DNA from: Octopus bimaculoides
Taxonomy: Eukaryota
Reading direction: 5' to 3'
Assembly: GCF_001194135.2 (NCBI RefSeq)
Contig: NC_069000.1
Span: 7,269,559 to 7,333,558 of the forward strand
Length of the DNA stretch: 64,000 nucleotides
Under the pieces are notes generated by a model, which made no database searches, was not told the origin of the DNA, and saw nothing but the letters and a program-made list of their open reading frames with translations. Below are positions 24,365-37,500 of this stretch, piece after piece. A program made the translations under genes and the position numbers. Position 1 is the stretch's first letter, and every line of letters starts with the position of its first letter.

Positions 24365-24571
24365 GAACATATAATATAGACAAAAGGAAGAAAGAAAAGG
24401 AAAGAAAACATGGCTTAGACAAAAAGTCTAGAAGCCCAATATATTAAGAGCTCGCCCTATAGCCCTGATGGTAAATAATTATTTGCTCTTAACATATTGG
24501 GCTTCTAAACTACTTGTCTAAGCCATGTTTCTTTTCCTTTTCTTTCTTCCTTTTGTTTATATTATATGTTC
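24365..24571. repeat. 87-bp near-perfect inverted repeat with a 33-nt spacer
   Basis: 24365-24451 pairs with 24485-24571 with few mismatches. Confidence 0.88.
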
Positions 24572-24863
24572 TTGTTTTTCACTCTGGTGATGATCCGTTG
24601 CCTTAATTCGAATGCTCTACGAAGATGAAGAATTTTATTCTCGCACTTATTAATAAACTGCATTTTGGCAATCTGATCAGTAACGGTAGCATTTGACTAA
24701 ACCCTTTGTGGTTGTTCTTTTCACCCTTTATGTCCTGAATTCAAATCTTGCCAGATTCAATTTTATTTGATTCATTGTTGCCCTCTTTCCTTTCTTTTAC
24801 TCTTTTCCAACAGGTTGAGGTGCACTTGAGCAGTGTTGTTGTTATTATTATTATTATTATTGA

Positions 24864-25090
24864 AGGCGGCGAGCTAGCAGAATTGTCAGCATGCCGAGCA
24901 AAATGCTTAGCAGTATTTCATCTGTCTTCTTGTTCTGAGTTCAAATGTCACCGAGGTCAACTTTGCCTTTCATTCTTTAGGGCTGATAAATTAAGTACCA
25001 GTTACACATTGAAGTCGGTGTAATTGACTGGTCCTCTCCCCACAAAATTTAAGGCTTTGTGCCTATTGTAGAAAGGATTATTATTATTAT
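24864..25090 (+). mobile_element. SINE family B (GGCGGCGAGCTGGCAGAA... with an (ATT)n tail)
   Basis: Conserved GTTCTGAGTTCAAAT...GAGGTCAACTTTGCCTTTCAT...AAGTACCAG. Related copies lie at 6741-6900(-), 6905-7085(+), 28520-28650(-), 32710-32820, 36655-36870, 41000-41220, 41305-41550 and 52770-52995. Confidence 0.75.
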
Positions 25091-25689
25091 TATTATTATC
25101 TTTCCAGGGTCAATAAAATGAAGTACTGAGGTTAATATAACCAACTAGCTCCCTCCCGAAGTTTCAGGCCCTGTGCCTGAAACAACTATTACAAATTCTG
25201 TGGTTTTTGACATTTTTAGAGGTCATCTCTGTTGAAAATCCCACATTTTTGTTTCATCATTGCCAAGTTTGTGTGAACCACTCTTTAGACAATTTCCAAC
25301 AAAGACCATCTTAATTATATTTCAGAACACGATAATATTATTATTACTCATATATTTGTCATGGTAATTCTTTTTACTTTTAAGTTTACCATTCCCATAC
25401 ACTCCTATAAAGGTATTGGTCACTATTACTGATTATCACCTGCTAGCTATTCCATAGATAACAGCTGTGTTACAAATCTCTCTCTCTCTCTCTCTCTCCT
25501 TCTCTCTTCCTCCCTCTACTCTACGAATATGTGTTATATCATGTAGATTCCGAATAACAAACTTTTGTGGTGGGATACACATAAACGAAGTCCTATAAAA
25601 CATATTTCGGTGTATTTCTCTGTTCTACAAATCATAGGGAAAAGGTGAAAGAGAAATAGAAGATGATGAGTAATGTGGAAGACCTGCCA

Positions 25690-26105
25690 TGAGCAAACGT
25701 GGAGAAAATTCATCAGCTTGTGCATGAGGATCATCAGAAGATAATCAATGATGTTTTGAAGCATTCGAGGGAGGACATTCGGTGAAAGCAACTGGATCTG
25801 TGGCATGCGAAGAATAGGATTCTTCACAATGACAATGCACCCTGTCACCAAGTTCTCCTCACTTGTGAGTTTCTCACCAAAAACAACATAGTATCACTTG
25901 CGCACCCATCCTGTTTGCTAAATTTAGCACCTGTGGGTTTCCATCTCTTTTCCAAAACTGTTGTTGAGATCAAGAGCGAATCGTAGAAGGTCCTTGACTC
26001 ATTTATGGAAAACAACTTTCAGGCTGGATTCCAAAAAGTGGCAGGAACATTGGGACCTGTGTATTGCTATGCAAGGTGATTATTTCGAAGGAGATGATGT
26101 TAAAA
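25690..26105 (+). mobile_element. Internally deleted mariner transposase relic
   Basis: RILHNDNAPCH...EFLTKNNIVSLAHPSCLLNLAPVGFHLF...FQKWQEHWDLCIAMQGDYFEGDD matches mariner LHHDNAPAH...HPPYSPDLAPxDFxLF...RWxxCIxxxGDYFEGD. Confidence 0.8.
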
Positions 26106-27099
26106 CGTAGGTTAAAACTTAGGAAAATTATTTTTTATTAAACATTACTAGTCCAGGAACTTTGGGGGGAAAACAATTGGGGGGGTTATTTTTGAGAACC
26201 GTTCCTCACTCGCAGGTGTTTCTGAACAAGTCCATATTTGTAGAGAATTTCATTAACAAATATACATTTTCTTGAAAGTTAAGACGAATTGAAGTGGACT
26301 CCGGTGAATTTTCCAAAAATTCCCCACCGCACCCCAAAATTAGACCGTATCCTAATATGACACATATTTTATGCACTTTGGGAATCATTTCTGATGGAGA
26401 AAGGGCTCTCACATTTAGTAGCCTTTCATATTTGCAAGCCATTCATTTTCACTTTCAGACAGCGGGATGAGGTGGCGAGGAGTGTATGAATCAATTTTGG
26501 AGTTTTCTCATAGAAAATTTGAAATTGATTATTTTATTTTTTCTATATTCTTAATCNNNNNNNNNNNNNNNNNNNNNNNNNNNNNNNNNNNNNNNNNNNN
26601 NNNNNNNNNNNNNNNNNNNNNNNNNNNNNNNNNNNNNNNNNNNNNNNNNNNNNNNNNNNNNNNNNNNNNNNNNNNNNNNNNNNNNNNNNNNNNNNNNNNN
26701 NNNNNNNNNNNNNNNNNNNNNNNNNNNNNNNNNNNNNNNNNNNNNNNNNNNNNNNNNNNNNNNNNNNNNNNNNNNNNNNNNNNNNNNNNNNNNNNNNNNN
26801 NNNNNNNNNNNNNNNNNNNNNNNNNNNNNNNNNNNNNNNNNNNNNNNNNNNNNNNNNNNNNNNNNNNNNNNNNNNNNNNNNNNNNNNNNNNNNNNNNNNN
26901 NNNNNNNNNNNNNNNNNNNNNNNNNNNNNNNNNNNNNNNNNNNNNNNNNNNNNNNNNNNNNNNNNNNNNNNNNNNNNNNNNNNNNNNNNNNNNNNNNNNN
27001 NNNNNNNNNNNNNNNNNNNNNNNNNNNNNNNNNNNNNNNNNNNNNNNNNNNNNNNNNNNNCATTTAAAAAAATCTTTTTCGTTGAATGAATTACCGTGA

Positions 27100-28160
27100 C
27101 GTCATAATATGCCATAAAATCCTTTTTTTTTGGGCCTGGAAAATGGAGTGCAGTGGGAGTGGAACCCTCGGAAATTTCAGCCCCGCCCCCACTTCATTTT
27201 CAAATATTTTTTGCTGTTTCTTTCTTTACCCATATTTTTAGAATACATTTTGCAGAAGCGCAATAAGTGAAAATGCAGAGGCTATAGAAGTTTGTGGTAA
27301 CGAAGTTAGTGGAGAGATAAAGAATGATAGATAATTCATGTGTGTGAAACAAGTAAAAGTATAATTTTAAAACAAAATACCTTTTTCATACCTGTTAAAA
27401 ATCACTGGATATAATATATATATAAGATATAATAATCCCAAATTGCAGAATAGATTTGAAAAGCTAAAGCTCTTTCCCTTTGAAATTTTTGGCGCTGAAA
27501 TCGGGTAATTAATGTGTTTCAGTTTTGTGTGAGGAGAGGAGAGAGAGAGAGTGTGTGTGTAAGTGAGTGACGAAGTTTACCTAAACTTTCAATGGTATAA
27601 GCAATATATTACATATATCATCATCAACATCGTTTAACATCTGCTTTCCAGGCTGGCATGAGTTGGACGGTTTGACTGAGGACTGGCAAGCCAGGAGGCT
27701 GCATCAGGCTCCAAGCTGTTCTAGTAAGGTTTCTACAGCTGGATGCCCTTCCTAACGTCAATCACTCCGAGAGAGTAGTGGGTGCTTTTTAAACACCACC
27801 AGCACGGGGGACAATCAGGTGACACTGGCATCGACCACGCTCGAATGGTACTTTTTACGTGCCGCCTTCACACACATACACAAACTCTAACGTGTTTTAT
27901 TTTTAGATAAATTATTTATCATTCTTTATCTCTGACTTCGTTACCACTAACTTCTATAGCTTCACTTATTCATTTCAAACTTCTTTGAATTTTCAATCTA
28001 ATGTAATCCATACTCTCTCGAAAACGTATTTCTGCTAAATGTTATCTAAAAATATGGGTAAAGAAAGAAACAGCAAAAAATGGGGCTGAAATTTCCGAGG
28101 ATTCCACCCCCATCCACCCCGTTTTCCGGACCAAAAAAATGGGTTTTATGGCATATTAGG
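27100..28160. mobile_element. Palindromic MITE with ~240-bp inverted arms and a nested retrocopy
   Basis: 27100-27336 is the inverted counterpart of ~27908-28160 (27207-27242 equals the reverse complement of 28045-28080 at 36/36). An RTE tail is inserted at 27625-27870. Confidence 0.75.
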
Positions 28161-28172
28161 ATGTTGGCGAAA

Positions 28173-28312
28173 GTAAAGAATACGTACACCCGGTGTTCAA
28201 GGTTAGAGTTAGAAGTTAGGGTTAGCTTTCAGGGTTAGGGTTAGGACTAAGATTTAGGATTATGGTTAAGGTTTTTGTTACGCCGAAAACAGGTGGTGTA
28301 CGTATTCTTTAC
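28173..28312. mobile_element. Mini-element with 18-bp perfect inverted repeats enclosing GGTTAG-type repeats (HINE/Helentron-like, tentative)
   Basis: GTAAAGAATACGTACACC (28173-28190) is the exact reverse complement of 28295-28312; the interior contains GGTTAGAGTTAGAAGTTAGGGTTAG...GGGTTAGGGTTAGG. Confidence 0.55.
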
Positions 28313-28875
28313 CTCTGCTTTGGAGGTCACCGTAATTCATAAAAAAAAAAAAAATGCAATGATTCCGGGAGTGGGGCCAGTTTCCCACCCCACTTTTTTC
28401 CGAACAAAAATAAGGGGTTTGCAGCATATTAGGTCAGGGTACTTGATTCCACGCAAAAAATACAAGTTTTTTTTTTTTTTCTCAGTGAAAATCGTGTGGG
28501 TGAAAGTATCAAAATTTATCATTTTATCGACCCCAGAGGGATAAAAGGTGAAGTTAACCTCATTGGCATTTGCTTTCAGAACGTAAATAGCAGGAATAAA
28601 TGCTGGCAAGGCCTTTAATCTGACGTTCTAACCATTCTGCCAACCACCTTAGATGTTAAATGGTGAAAAGAGTAACACAATAATTGCGAAAGCATCAACA
28701 TGTGTGTGTGTGGGCGTGCGTACGCACACATACATACATATCATTCTTTCCCTGTTGTGATAAATATTTTAATGTGCCAAAAAAAAGTAGACAATAAAAT
28801 TCTAGACATAAGAAAAATATCTTTGAAAGCATATTTCAGAAATCTTGAAATATAAAAAAAAAAAAAAAGGAGGAG

Positions 28876-28963
28876 ACCGGAAGTTGCTTTCTTTTCTTTA
28901 ACTTCTTAGACAAGAGAGTGACATAATGATTTGTGACTTCAACGATTGACCAAAATATTTAAG
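28876..28963 (+). promoter_or_regulatory. Likely GPS2 core promoter (ETS site) and non-coding first exon
   Basis: Perfect ACCGGAAGT ETS motif at 28876-28884, followed by a strong donor AAG|GTAAAT at 28963/28964. The first coding exon has an acceptor at 31616/31617, upstream of its ATG. Confidence 0.55.
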
Positions 28964-31644
28964 GTAAATCCAAATAGATTTCTCTCGATTAATTATTATT
29001 TACTAATTGTTTAATTTGAATATAACTTATATTATCTTATTTTCAGAAAAAAATAATTTACGTTATATTTCCTGAAAGAAATGCAACAACAAACCCAATG
29101 TAAATAGTATTATTGTTTATAGCCAAATATATCTTGTTTAGCCCAAGGTCAGCTTTGAGACAATAATCTTTGGATCAGAGGTGTTCCAGCCGTAATCCTC
29201 TTGTCTTTTATTATAATTTTGACAACATTGTCTTATGTGTTTGTCCTCTTTTTTGTTTTACTCCTGTCAGTATGGTATGATTGGAAGGAAGATAGCTGTT
29301 ATATCTAGCTGATCCAGTGATCACTTCATGTCTCCCGCCCGCCTTCAGTTGTCATTACATCGTCTTTCTCTGTTTCATTCTCAATTTTTGACGTTTGAAG
29401 AATTTTTTAGTAATGCGTGGATCGTTTATATTTGTTTAACCCCAAATTAGCCCTCATTGAGCAAACACGATAACAGACTCTCCAGCCAAGCCTTTCTCAC
29501 CTTTTTCTGTCTATAACTACGTTATTTCAAGACGGCTTCGTGTTTTTATAGATTTTAATAACCACCACTACTGTAATAATTAAATGATATTTAGTAATGG
29601 ACATTAATCAATAACATTAATTTTAATTTATTATAAGGCATAGAATAGGGATAATTTAAAAACAGAATACAAAATATTTGTATACAGATTTGAATGGCGA
29701 CTTATAAATATGCATGTATCTACACACCCTCTATATGTTTGAAATGTTTTCAAGGCATGCGTGTGTTGTAGTTAGTAAGTTTAGGTTTTTACTAATTAAT
29801 TTTTTTTTTCCTTATTTCGTTGTAAGTTCTCTCTCCAGTTTGTTTAGAACAATGTTTCTCGAACTATCAATATTATTGTTTCATGCTAATACAACCTTTT
29901 TTTTAACGTGTTAAAAAAATTTGTCGTCTATCTATGTATATATGCGTGTAACTCAAATATAATCATATACAATTATCTCGAAATATTTTCTTCTGAAATA
30001 TAACCAACCGGACTTCCAGCCGTGAGAGAGTATGTTCCATCTATAAAAGACAGTTTTCTCTATCACATATTGTTTTTATTTGTAATCATAATATATTGAG
30101 GCTAATAATATATATACAGAGAAGAACGATATTAATAGTTCTCATTTCGGTCTATATAACTATTTTTTGACACAAATTAACGTTGATGCTGTTACTCTGT
30201 ATTTACAGCTTAATCATAATGGACAATTTGTCTTTTATTATCAATTCATATCAAAGAACCCAATGATGAGTTTTGATTTAGAACTAGAAGAAAATATCTT
30301 GTGTCTTTTGTGGATCTGACGTATTCAATATATCCTGGAAATGGCCGTCCTTAAGGATATTGAAGTGTGAACACCATACAACACAGTACAAAACAAAATA
30401 GCTGCCGTAAATTCAATCAAGCCGACCGACCGGTTCTTTTACTCCGAATAATAATTCTCCACGAATGATGTCACAACCTTTGTTTGATATGAGAGGAAGT
30501 ATTATTGATAGAATTTCCCACGTTTCCATTGAAAACACATGCATACATACTCACAGTTGCTGTCCACTTCACAAAGCATGAACTGGATCTCATTTCTGCT
30601 GTATATATACTTCTGTGTGTGTGTGTGTGTGTGTGTGTAAAGGGAGCAGCAGTGACTCGAGGGCCTATAATTTCGAGGATTTTTAGAAATAAAATTTGTC
30701 AAGAAATTGTGTTACTGTAGCATTTTGGATAATATAAAATGTAAAACTCTGCTTTATATTTTGATTTCTGCTTTCCCCATTCATAAAGTTAATACAAACA
30801 CATATCATCATCATCATCCTTTTAACATCATGCTTCAATATCTGCCTTGCCGTGGTTTCTGCGACTGGATGCCCTTCTTAATGCCAATCATTTTACAGAG
30901 TGTTGTGGATGCTTTTTTCCATGGCACAGTGCTAGTGAGGTTGCCATGTAGGTCACCAGACTAAAATTTCTTTTGACTAAATGGGGCCACAATCAAGACA
31001 AAGAAGTAGCTTTATGCTTGTAGATGAGAGATTAAATTATGAGAGACAGGCCAGAACAGGTTTCTTGCTACAAGGAAATACATGGCTGCTCACAATAAAC
31101 ATATATATGACAGGTTTCTTTTAACTTTCTTAGTTATTAATAAGAGCCTCTATCATGAAAGCAGTGTCCTTTGTTTCTAGGCTTCTGTGAGAATATGTCT
31201 TATCATGAGGAATATCACCTTATTTGACAAGTGATCTTTGCAACAGGAAAGGTGTCTGCTCATAGAAAATTCCTAACAGTTAGTCCGTGGATGGGACACC
31301 GGTCTATCACAGGATTACTCATTTTTTACCTGCTGAGTTGACTGGAGCAATGTGAAAGGAAGTCAAGGATACAATGCATCGCCTGGTCCAGGAATCAAAA
31401 CCACAACCACACAATCATGAGTCCAACACCTCAACCACTAAGTGCCTCCACTTTACCCTCCAAGATACATCAAAATCTTTTCTAACATATGAGTTCACAT
31501 CAAGAATTTTGTAAACCAAATATAAAAACAAAAAAAATTTTTTTTTCTGATAATTTATGTTGAATGGTGTTTTTTTAAATTGATTATTACAAAGAGAACT
31601 ATTCTGTAATTTTCAGAATTGAGGTTATAAAAATCGATCCCAAA

Positions 31645-33366
31645 ATGCCGGTTTTAATTGATCGCCCCAAAATGACAGTGGCCACTTACCAGGCTCTAAA
31701 GCGTCACATTATGAGAGAAAGGGAAAAGAAAAAGCAAGGTAAGTTGTTTTTATCATTTGTACATTTGATGTTTGTTGTCATATTTTAAATGTGTTTCAAA
31801 TTTAAAGCATTGCTGTTACCAACCTGCCTGAATGCACTTTTGCTTCCATGATTCAAAACATCCAATTTTAAAATGAATAAGTGCCAAGCTGAAAAAAAGA
31901 AGTACTGGAGGTCGATTCATTCGATTAAAAATCCAAGGCAGTGCCCCAGCATGGCTGCAGTCTAATGACTGAAACAAGTAAAAGATTAAAGATATTCCCC
32001 TCTCAGATTCACCTACTTATTACCACAGTCCTTCAGTTTTTCTAAGCCCTGTAAAAGTACTTGGAAGGTTGGGGCCTACAACCAGGCCTTTCGCGATACC
32101 CTTAAAGCTAGGAACTTTTCAGTGCCCCCACATAAGGGATGGCAACAGGAAGGGCTTACTACCTCAAATTTTACTTCTATCTAAGTCCTGCTAATATGGT
32201 AAAAACAGGCATCAAACAAGTTGAAACAAAAATTTTTGATCCAGCAAATTTATAATAAAGACATGCCATCCATGACCATCTTGTCTTAGAGATATTTGGG
32301 ATTACATTCTCTAATCTGTCCTTGTTGTGATTTGAGGCATGTTTGGCTGCTGTTTCTTGTAGGTTTCATGACCACCTGGAGGATTGTCTCTTAGTTCATG
32401 TTGAGAGCAATTGTTTATTTCAGTGAAATGTTAATTTGTTTATTTTATGATTGTTTCTTTTATAATTAGTTTGTTTTATGATTGTTTATTTTATAATTTG
32501 TTTATTTTATGATTTGTCAGAACAAGAACATGATGCTTTGGTTGAAAGATTAAAAAAAGAACGAGAACTTCAGAAAAAGAAACAAGAAGAAGATAATTTA
32601 ACACTCGAGCAAATAAAAGACCAGGTATGAAGTTAAATTTTGAAATAAATTTCATGAAATTCTCTTTCAGCATTTATTGAATATTGCTAATATTATTTTC
32701 TGTGGAGAGAAGGCGGGAAGCTGGCAGAATTGTTAGCAAGCCAGGTGAAATGCTTAGTGGTATTTTGTCTGTCTTCGTGTTCTGAGTTCAAATTCTGCCA
32801 AGGTCAACTTTGCCTTTAGTTTATTTTAACCCTTTTGCTGCAGAAATCAGATATATCCACTCGAAATTTCATTACCCTTCACTGCAGAAAGCAGTTTTAT
32901 ATACCAGTCTATCTTTTGTTGAGTAATGTCACATGTGAAAATGTAGGAGCCTTATGCCATTGGACAAAGGTCAGAAAGTGGTCCTAGTAAATCTAAAGGG
33001 AAACCACGGCATTACGTCCATCTTGGTCTCAACAACCAGAGAATTACAGTTTTGCTTGTTATTTCTGTATAAGTGTAGACATACACACACACACATTTGA
33101 AGTTCTGTGTTTTTATTTCAATAGATTGGGATGATGGAGTCAAAACATGAATCTTTGAAGAATGAGAAACATGAATTATTTTCACAGTTGAAAAAGGTTC
33201 TACACCAAGAAGATGAAACACGACGCCGAGCACAGTTAAAGGAACAAAGGTGAACTGTTTAGTTTCTGTGAACTTTTTTTCAAAGTCTTAGTTTATTTCT
33301 GTTCTTTTCTGTCTCATATTCAGTTGGATTTGTGTATGTATGTATGTATATATCTATCTATCTATC

Positions 33367-33431
<65 letters not shown>

Positions 33432-34466
33432 ATCTGTTCATCTATCTAGATATCTATCTATCCATCTATCTACCTATCTGTCCATTTACTTATTGATTGA
33501 TTCAGCTGTCTATCTATCCATCCACCTATCTATCTTTACACACACATATACACACAAATACATATATTAGCCAACATAAATGTTGATTGGTTGGTTGCTT
33601 TCTCTAGTCATGTTTTACATTATATAGAAAGTGAGAGAAAGAGTAAAAGAGACTGAGACACAGAGAATTAAGATAAGAGAGTTAACACTAATTTACATAT
33701 TCTATTTTCAGTGAACTTTTAAATTTCCAGCATCCTTATACTGTGACAGGACACCCAATGCTGTTACACCCTGGTGTCACAGGACGACCCACTTTGTACA
33801 AACCTCATCAAACAATCATTCCAGTAAGTACATGTGTTATATATAATGTACATACATACACACACATACAATTATATATCATCTGGATCGGTCAGGCTGT
33901 CCAGTGGCAAGTCAGCTCCATTGGCTACTGCATTTGTGCCATTCCCCTCATGCCATTCTCCTCCACCTTGTTCCAAACATCCTTCTTAAATCATCTTCCC
34001 ATCTGATTGGAGATCTTCCAAGCGGTCTCTTCTGTTCGTATGGGTACCACTCAACAACTGCATCAGTCCACCGATTGTCTCTGAACCTTTTGATATGACC
34101 AGCCCATCACAGCTCTGTGTGGGGGTATTCTGTGACGACATCCTTCGCTTCAGTTCTATTCCTGATCTCTTTGTGAGATTCCCAATATCAACTTTTCCAG
34201 ATATATATATATATATATATCCACACAAATGTATAATGTTAAGTCTAAAACAGTTACAAAAATATACACAAAGAACAAAGTATGAGTTTATATTTTAGTG
34301 TATTTATAAATTTTATATATTTATGTGCCGGTGGCATGTAAAAGCACCTATTACAATCTTGGAGTGGTTGGAATTAGGAAGAGCATCCCTGTCGAATATT
34401 ATGTGTGTATGCATGTATATGTTTGAGTATTTGTGTGTGTGTTTGTATGTGTTTGAGCTCGAATGC

Positions 34467-34520
<54 letters not shown>

Positions 34521-37500
34521 AAAACCTTAAAGCATGGTTTTATATCTCATTAGATTCAGCAACGTCTTCAGGGAATGAAAAGAACTCGTTCACCATCTCC
34601 TCCAGTGACCGTTTATCAACCATACCCTAATGAGCATAAATACCCCCAGGCATCTTATGCTATCACCACCAAGCAGCCAGCTGTTGTCTATACTCCCTCT
34701 CAAGCAGAATACAGTAAGTATCTGACAGTACCACTCTTTTTCATTTTTCATTGATGACAGCTTGCTAGAAACATTCTGTTCTGAGTTCAGACTATGCCCA
34801 AATCAAATTTGCCTTTTGGCTGGATTGATTAAATAATCAGTCAATTTTATTATTGTTATTATTATTATTTCTTCTTCTGGGATTATCATTCAACTATTTC
34901 CTTTCTTCTTTCCTGCCACCATCATCATCCCTAAACATTATCGATATTTAATTACTTGTTTAAGTAATTTCATTTGTCTTTTGTAGCTTATATGTAATTT
35001 TAAAGATATTGGCTTACAATACACACTCACACACACATACACACACACACTCTCTCTCACATATATAATCAGAGGCTGTATATATAATTGGGGAGAAGAT
35101 TAAAGAACAAATCTAGTAATACAGAAAAGAGAGAGAGTTAGAGATTGATATAAAAAGGATAAGTATAAGAAGGTGTCTTGCTACACAGGAGATACATGGC
35201 TACCCCACATTATGTAAAGGTGGGTGTGAGTAAGTTTTGTTTATTTATTTATCTATTTAATTATTTGTTCTATTTTCAGAACCTACCACCTATGGTCAGA
35301 ATCAACCACCACCCCAAGTAGCTTACGCCAGTCAAGGTACCCATGCTTACCAGCAGCAAGCAGTCCCATTCACAGCTGGCCCTCCTACCACTAAATACAC
35401 CACAACTCCAACTGTTGCATCTCAGTCGGCTTTTACATCTTACCCTGGTCATTATCCACAACAACAGAAGCCACTTACAGAATCCTACCCCCACAATTAT
35501 CAGTTACAGAGGATGCCACAAACAAGTAAGACAACTTCCTTCACTTTCCATTTTCATCACTGAAGCATATTTATTAGTTTTATATTGCAATTCATGAACT
35601 GTTGTGTTGTCATTGGTTACAAATGACCAGCCATCAGTTCATGGCATTACTTTGACTAGGGACTGAACAAATATGTCAAGTTGATTGACTTCATTTATAA
35701 ACACTGGCTTTTCAGTTTTCTCACTGAGGTTTACATCCTTCACTGGCATACATCGACAACAGATATGCACACACCTCTGTGTGTGTGTGTGTATGTTTGT
35801 GTGAGTGACAGACAACCATAAACAAGAAACTACATGTAGTTGTCGTCACTGATACAGATTTAGCTTTGTATAAATAAATGTTATTTTACTTTAGCTTACT
35901 ATACTGAGTACCTTTTGGGTTTTTTTTTCTTACTTAACTGCAAACACACCATTGTGAAACCACCATATATACACACACACATTTATATATAACACCTTCT
36001 CCTTGACTTATGACTAAATTCTCTTCCGACTGACACGTCATATGTCAAATTTATATTTTTCAACACTATTTTCATTCAAACACAACTGATGCTTGAAAGC
36101 AACTGAGTGAGAGATGGTGGTCAGCAGTGGGTGCCTGGGTCTGAAGGAGGCCTGCATTGCCAGATGCTGCCATAGTTATTGTTCATGCAACTGCTCAATG
36201 TCTGAAAATCAGTTTTTTATGTATTTATTTATCTTTTTATTTCCTTATTTTTTTGTGGTCGTATGTGTGGATGGTCGTAAGTCACATAGGTCATAAGTCG
36301 AGGAGGTGTATATATATATATATTTAAGTTTATATCCATTTTTCTATGCTTACATAGATGAGATGAATATATTATCAAGGCATTGTTTCACAGTTGGCTG
36401 TCCTTTCTCTTCTACCTTTACCTGTTTTTCAAACAAGGGACATCTAATTACACATGGCCTTGAAACTGCAAAACCAGTAGTGTGTATATGTGTGTGTGCA
36501 CTCACACAATGGGCTTCTTTCAGTTTTTATCAAATCTACTCACAAGGTTTCTCTTGGCCTTGGCTATGTGCAGTAACTTACCCAAGTTACTGCACAGCAG
36601 GATTGAACACAAAGCCACATGGTTGGGAAGTGAATTTCTGAATCACAGTTATGCTTGGTAGAATCGTTAGCTCACTGGACAAACTGCATAGCAGCATTTC
36701 ATCTGTCTTTACGTTTTGAGTTCAAATCCCACCCAGGCTGACTTTGCCCTTCATCCTTTTGGGGGTCAATAAAATAAGTACCAGTTGAACACTGGGGTTG
36801 TGGTAATTAGCCTTTCCCCTCCCTGACATTGTTGGCCTTGTGCCAAAAATTGAAACCATAATTATTATTATATAACAGTTTAAATTGAAGATTGTGTGTT
36901 TAACTAGCATTGACTTTTTTTTTTACCAAACTGATTTTTATGTTCACAAATTTTTGATTTTATTTCATCCCATTTTTGCATGCTTGCATGAGCAATATGG
37001 GTTTGTCTTGGAGTAAGTGAATGAGTTAACTGCCTTTGCAACCACTAACCACTCAACCATGAAGCAGAAGTGGAGCCTGTTTTCTTTTTCTTTGAGTTAA
37101 GCAAACTAAAGTCAATGGAGTTAAGTCCCTTGTTCATAGACACCAACACACTGTGGAAATAAGATTTGAACTTATAACAATGAGGCTCATAGTCCAAACT
37201 CTTAACCTAACTATTATAATCTTGTGAACTTGTATAATGTCATTATTGAGTAAAAAATTTAAATCTGTCGTTTAACTCCAGATTGGGTAGACCTATGATC
37301 AAAGGCTTTCCAGCCGTGACCATCACATCTTTTTAAAAGGCATCTAGGACAATATTTTCTAATTTGTATTTCCATTTCTGTTAAGATACTAGAGTGTAGT
37401 TTGAGGGAGATTTGATGAATATTTTTAGCAGGTTGAAAGTTTGTTTAGAAGCTTAATCCAGATATGTCTTGAATCTTATATTGTCTGATGAACATAACAA

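Noticed and set aside
36100-36210. GC-richer island with an antisense acceptor in the large GPS2 intron
   Set aside because: It has stops in all frames, no donor and no C/D or H/ACA boxes that I could support.
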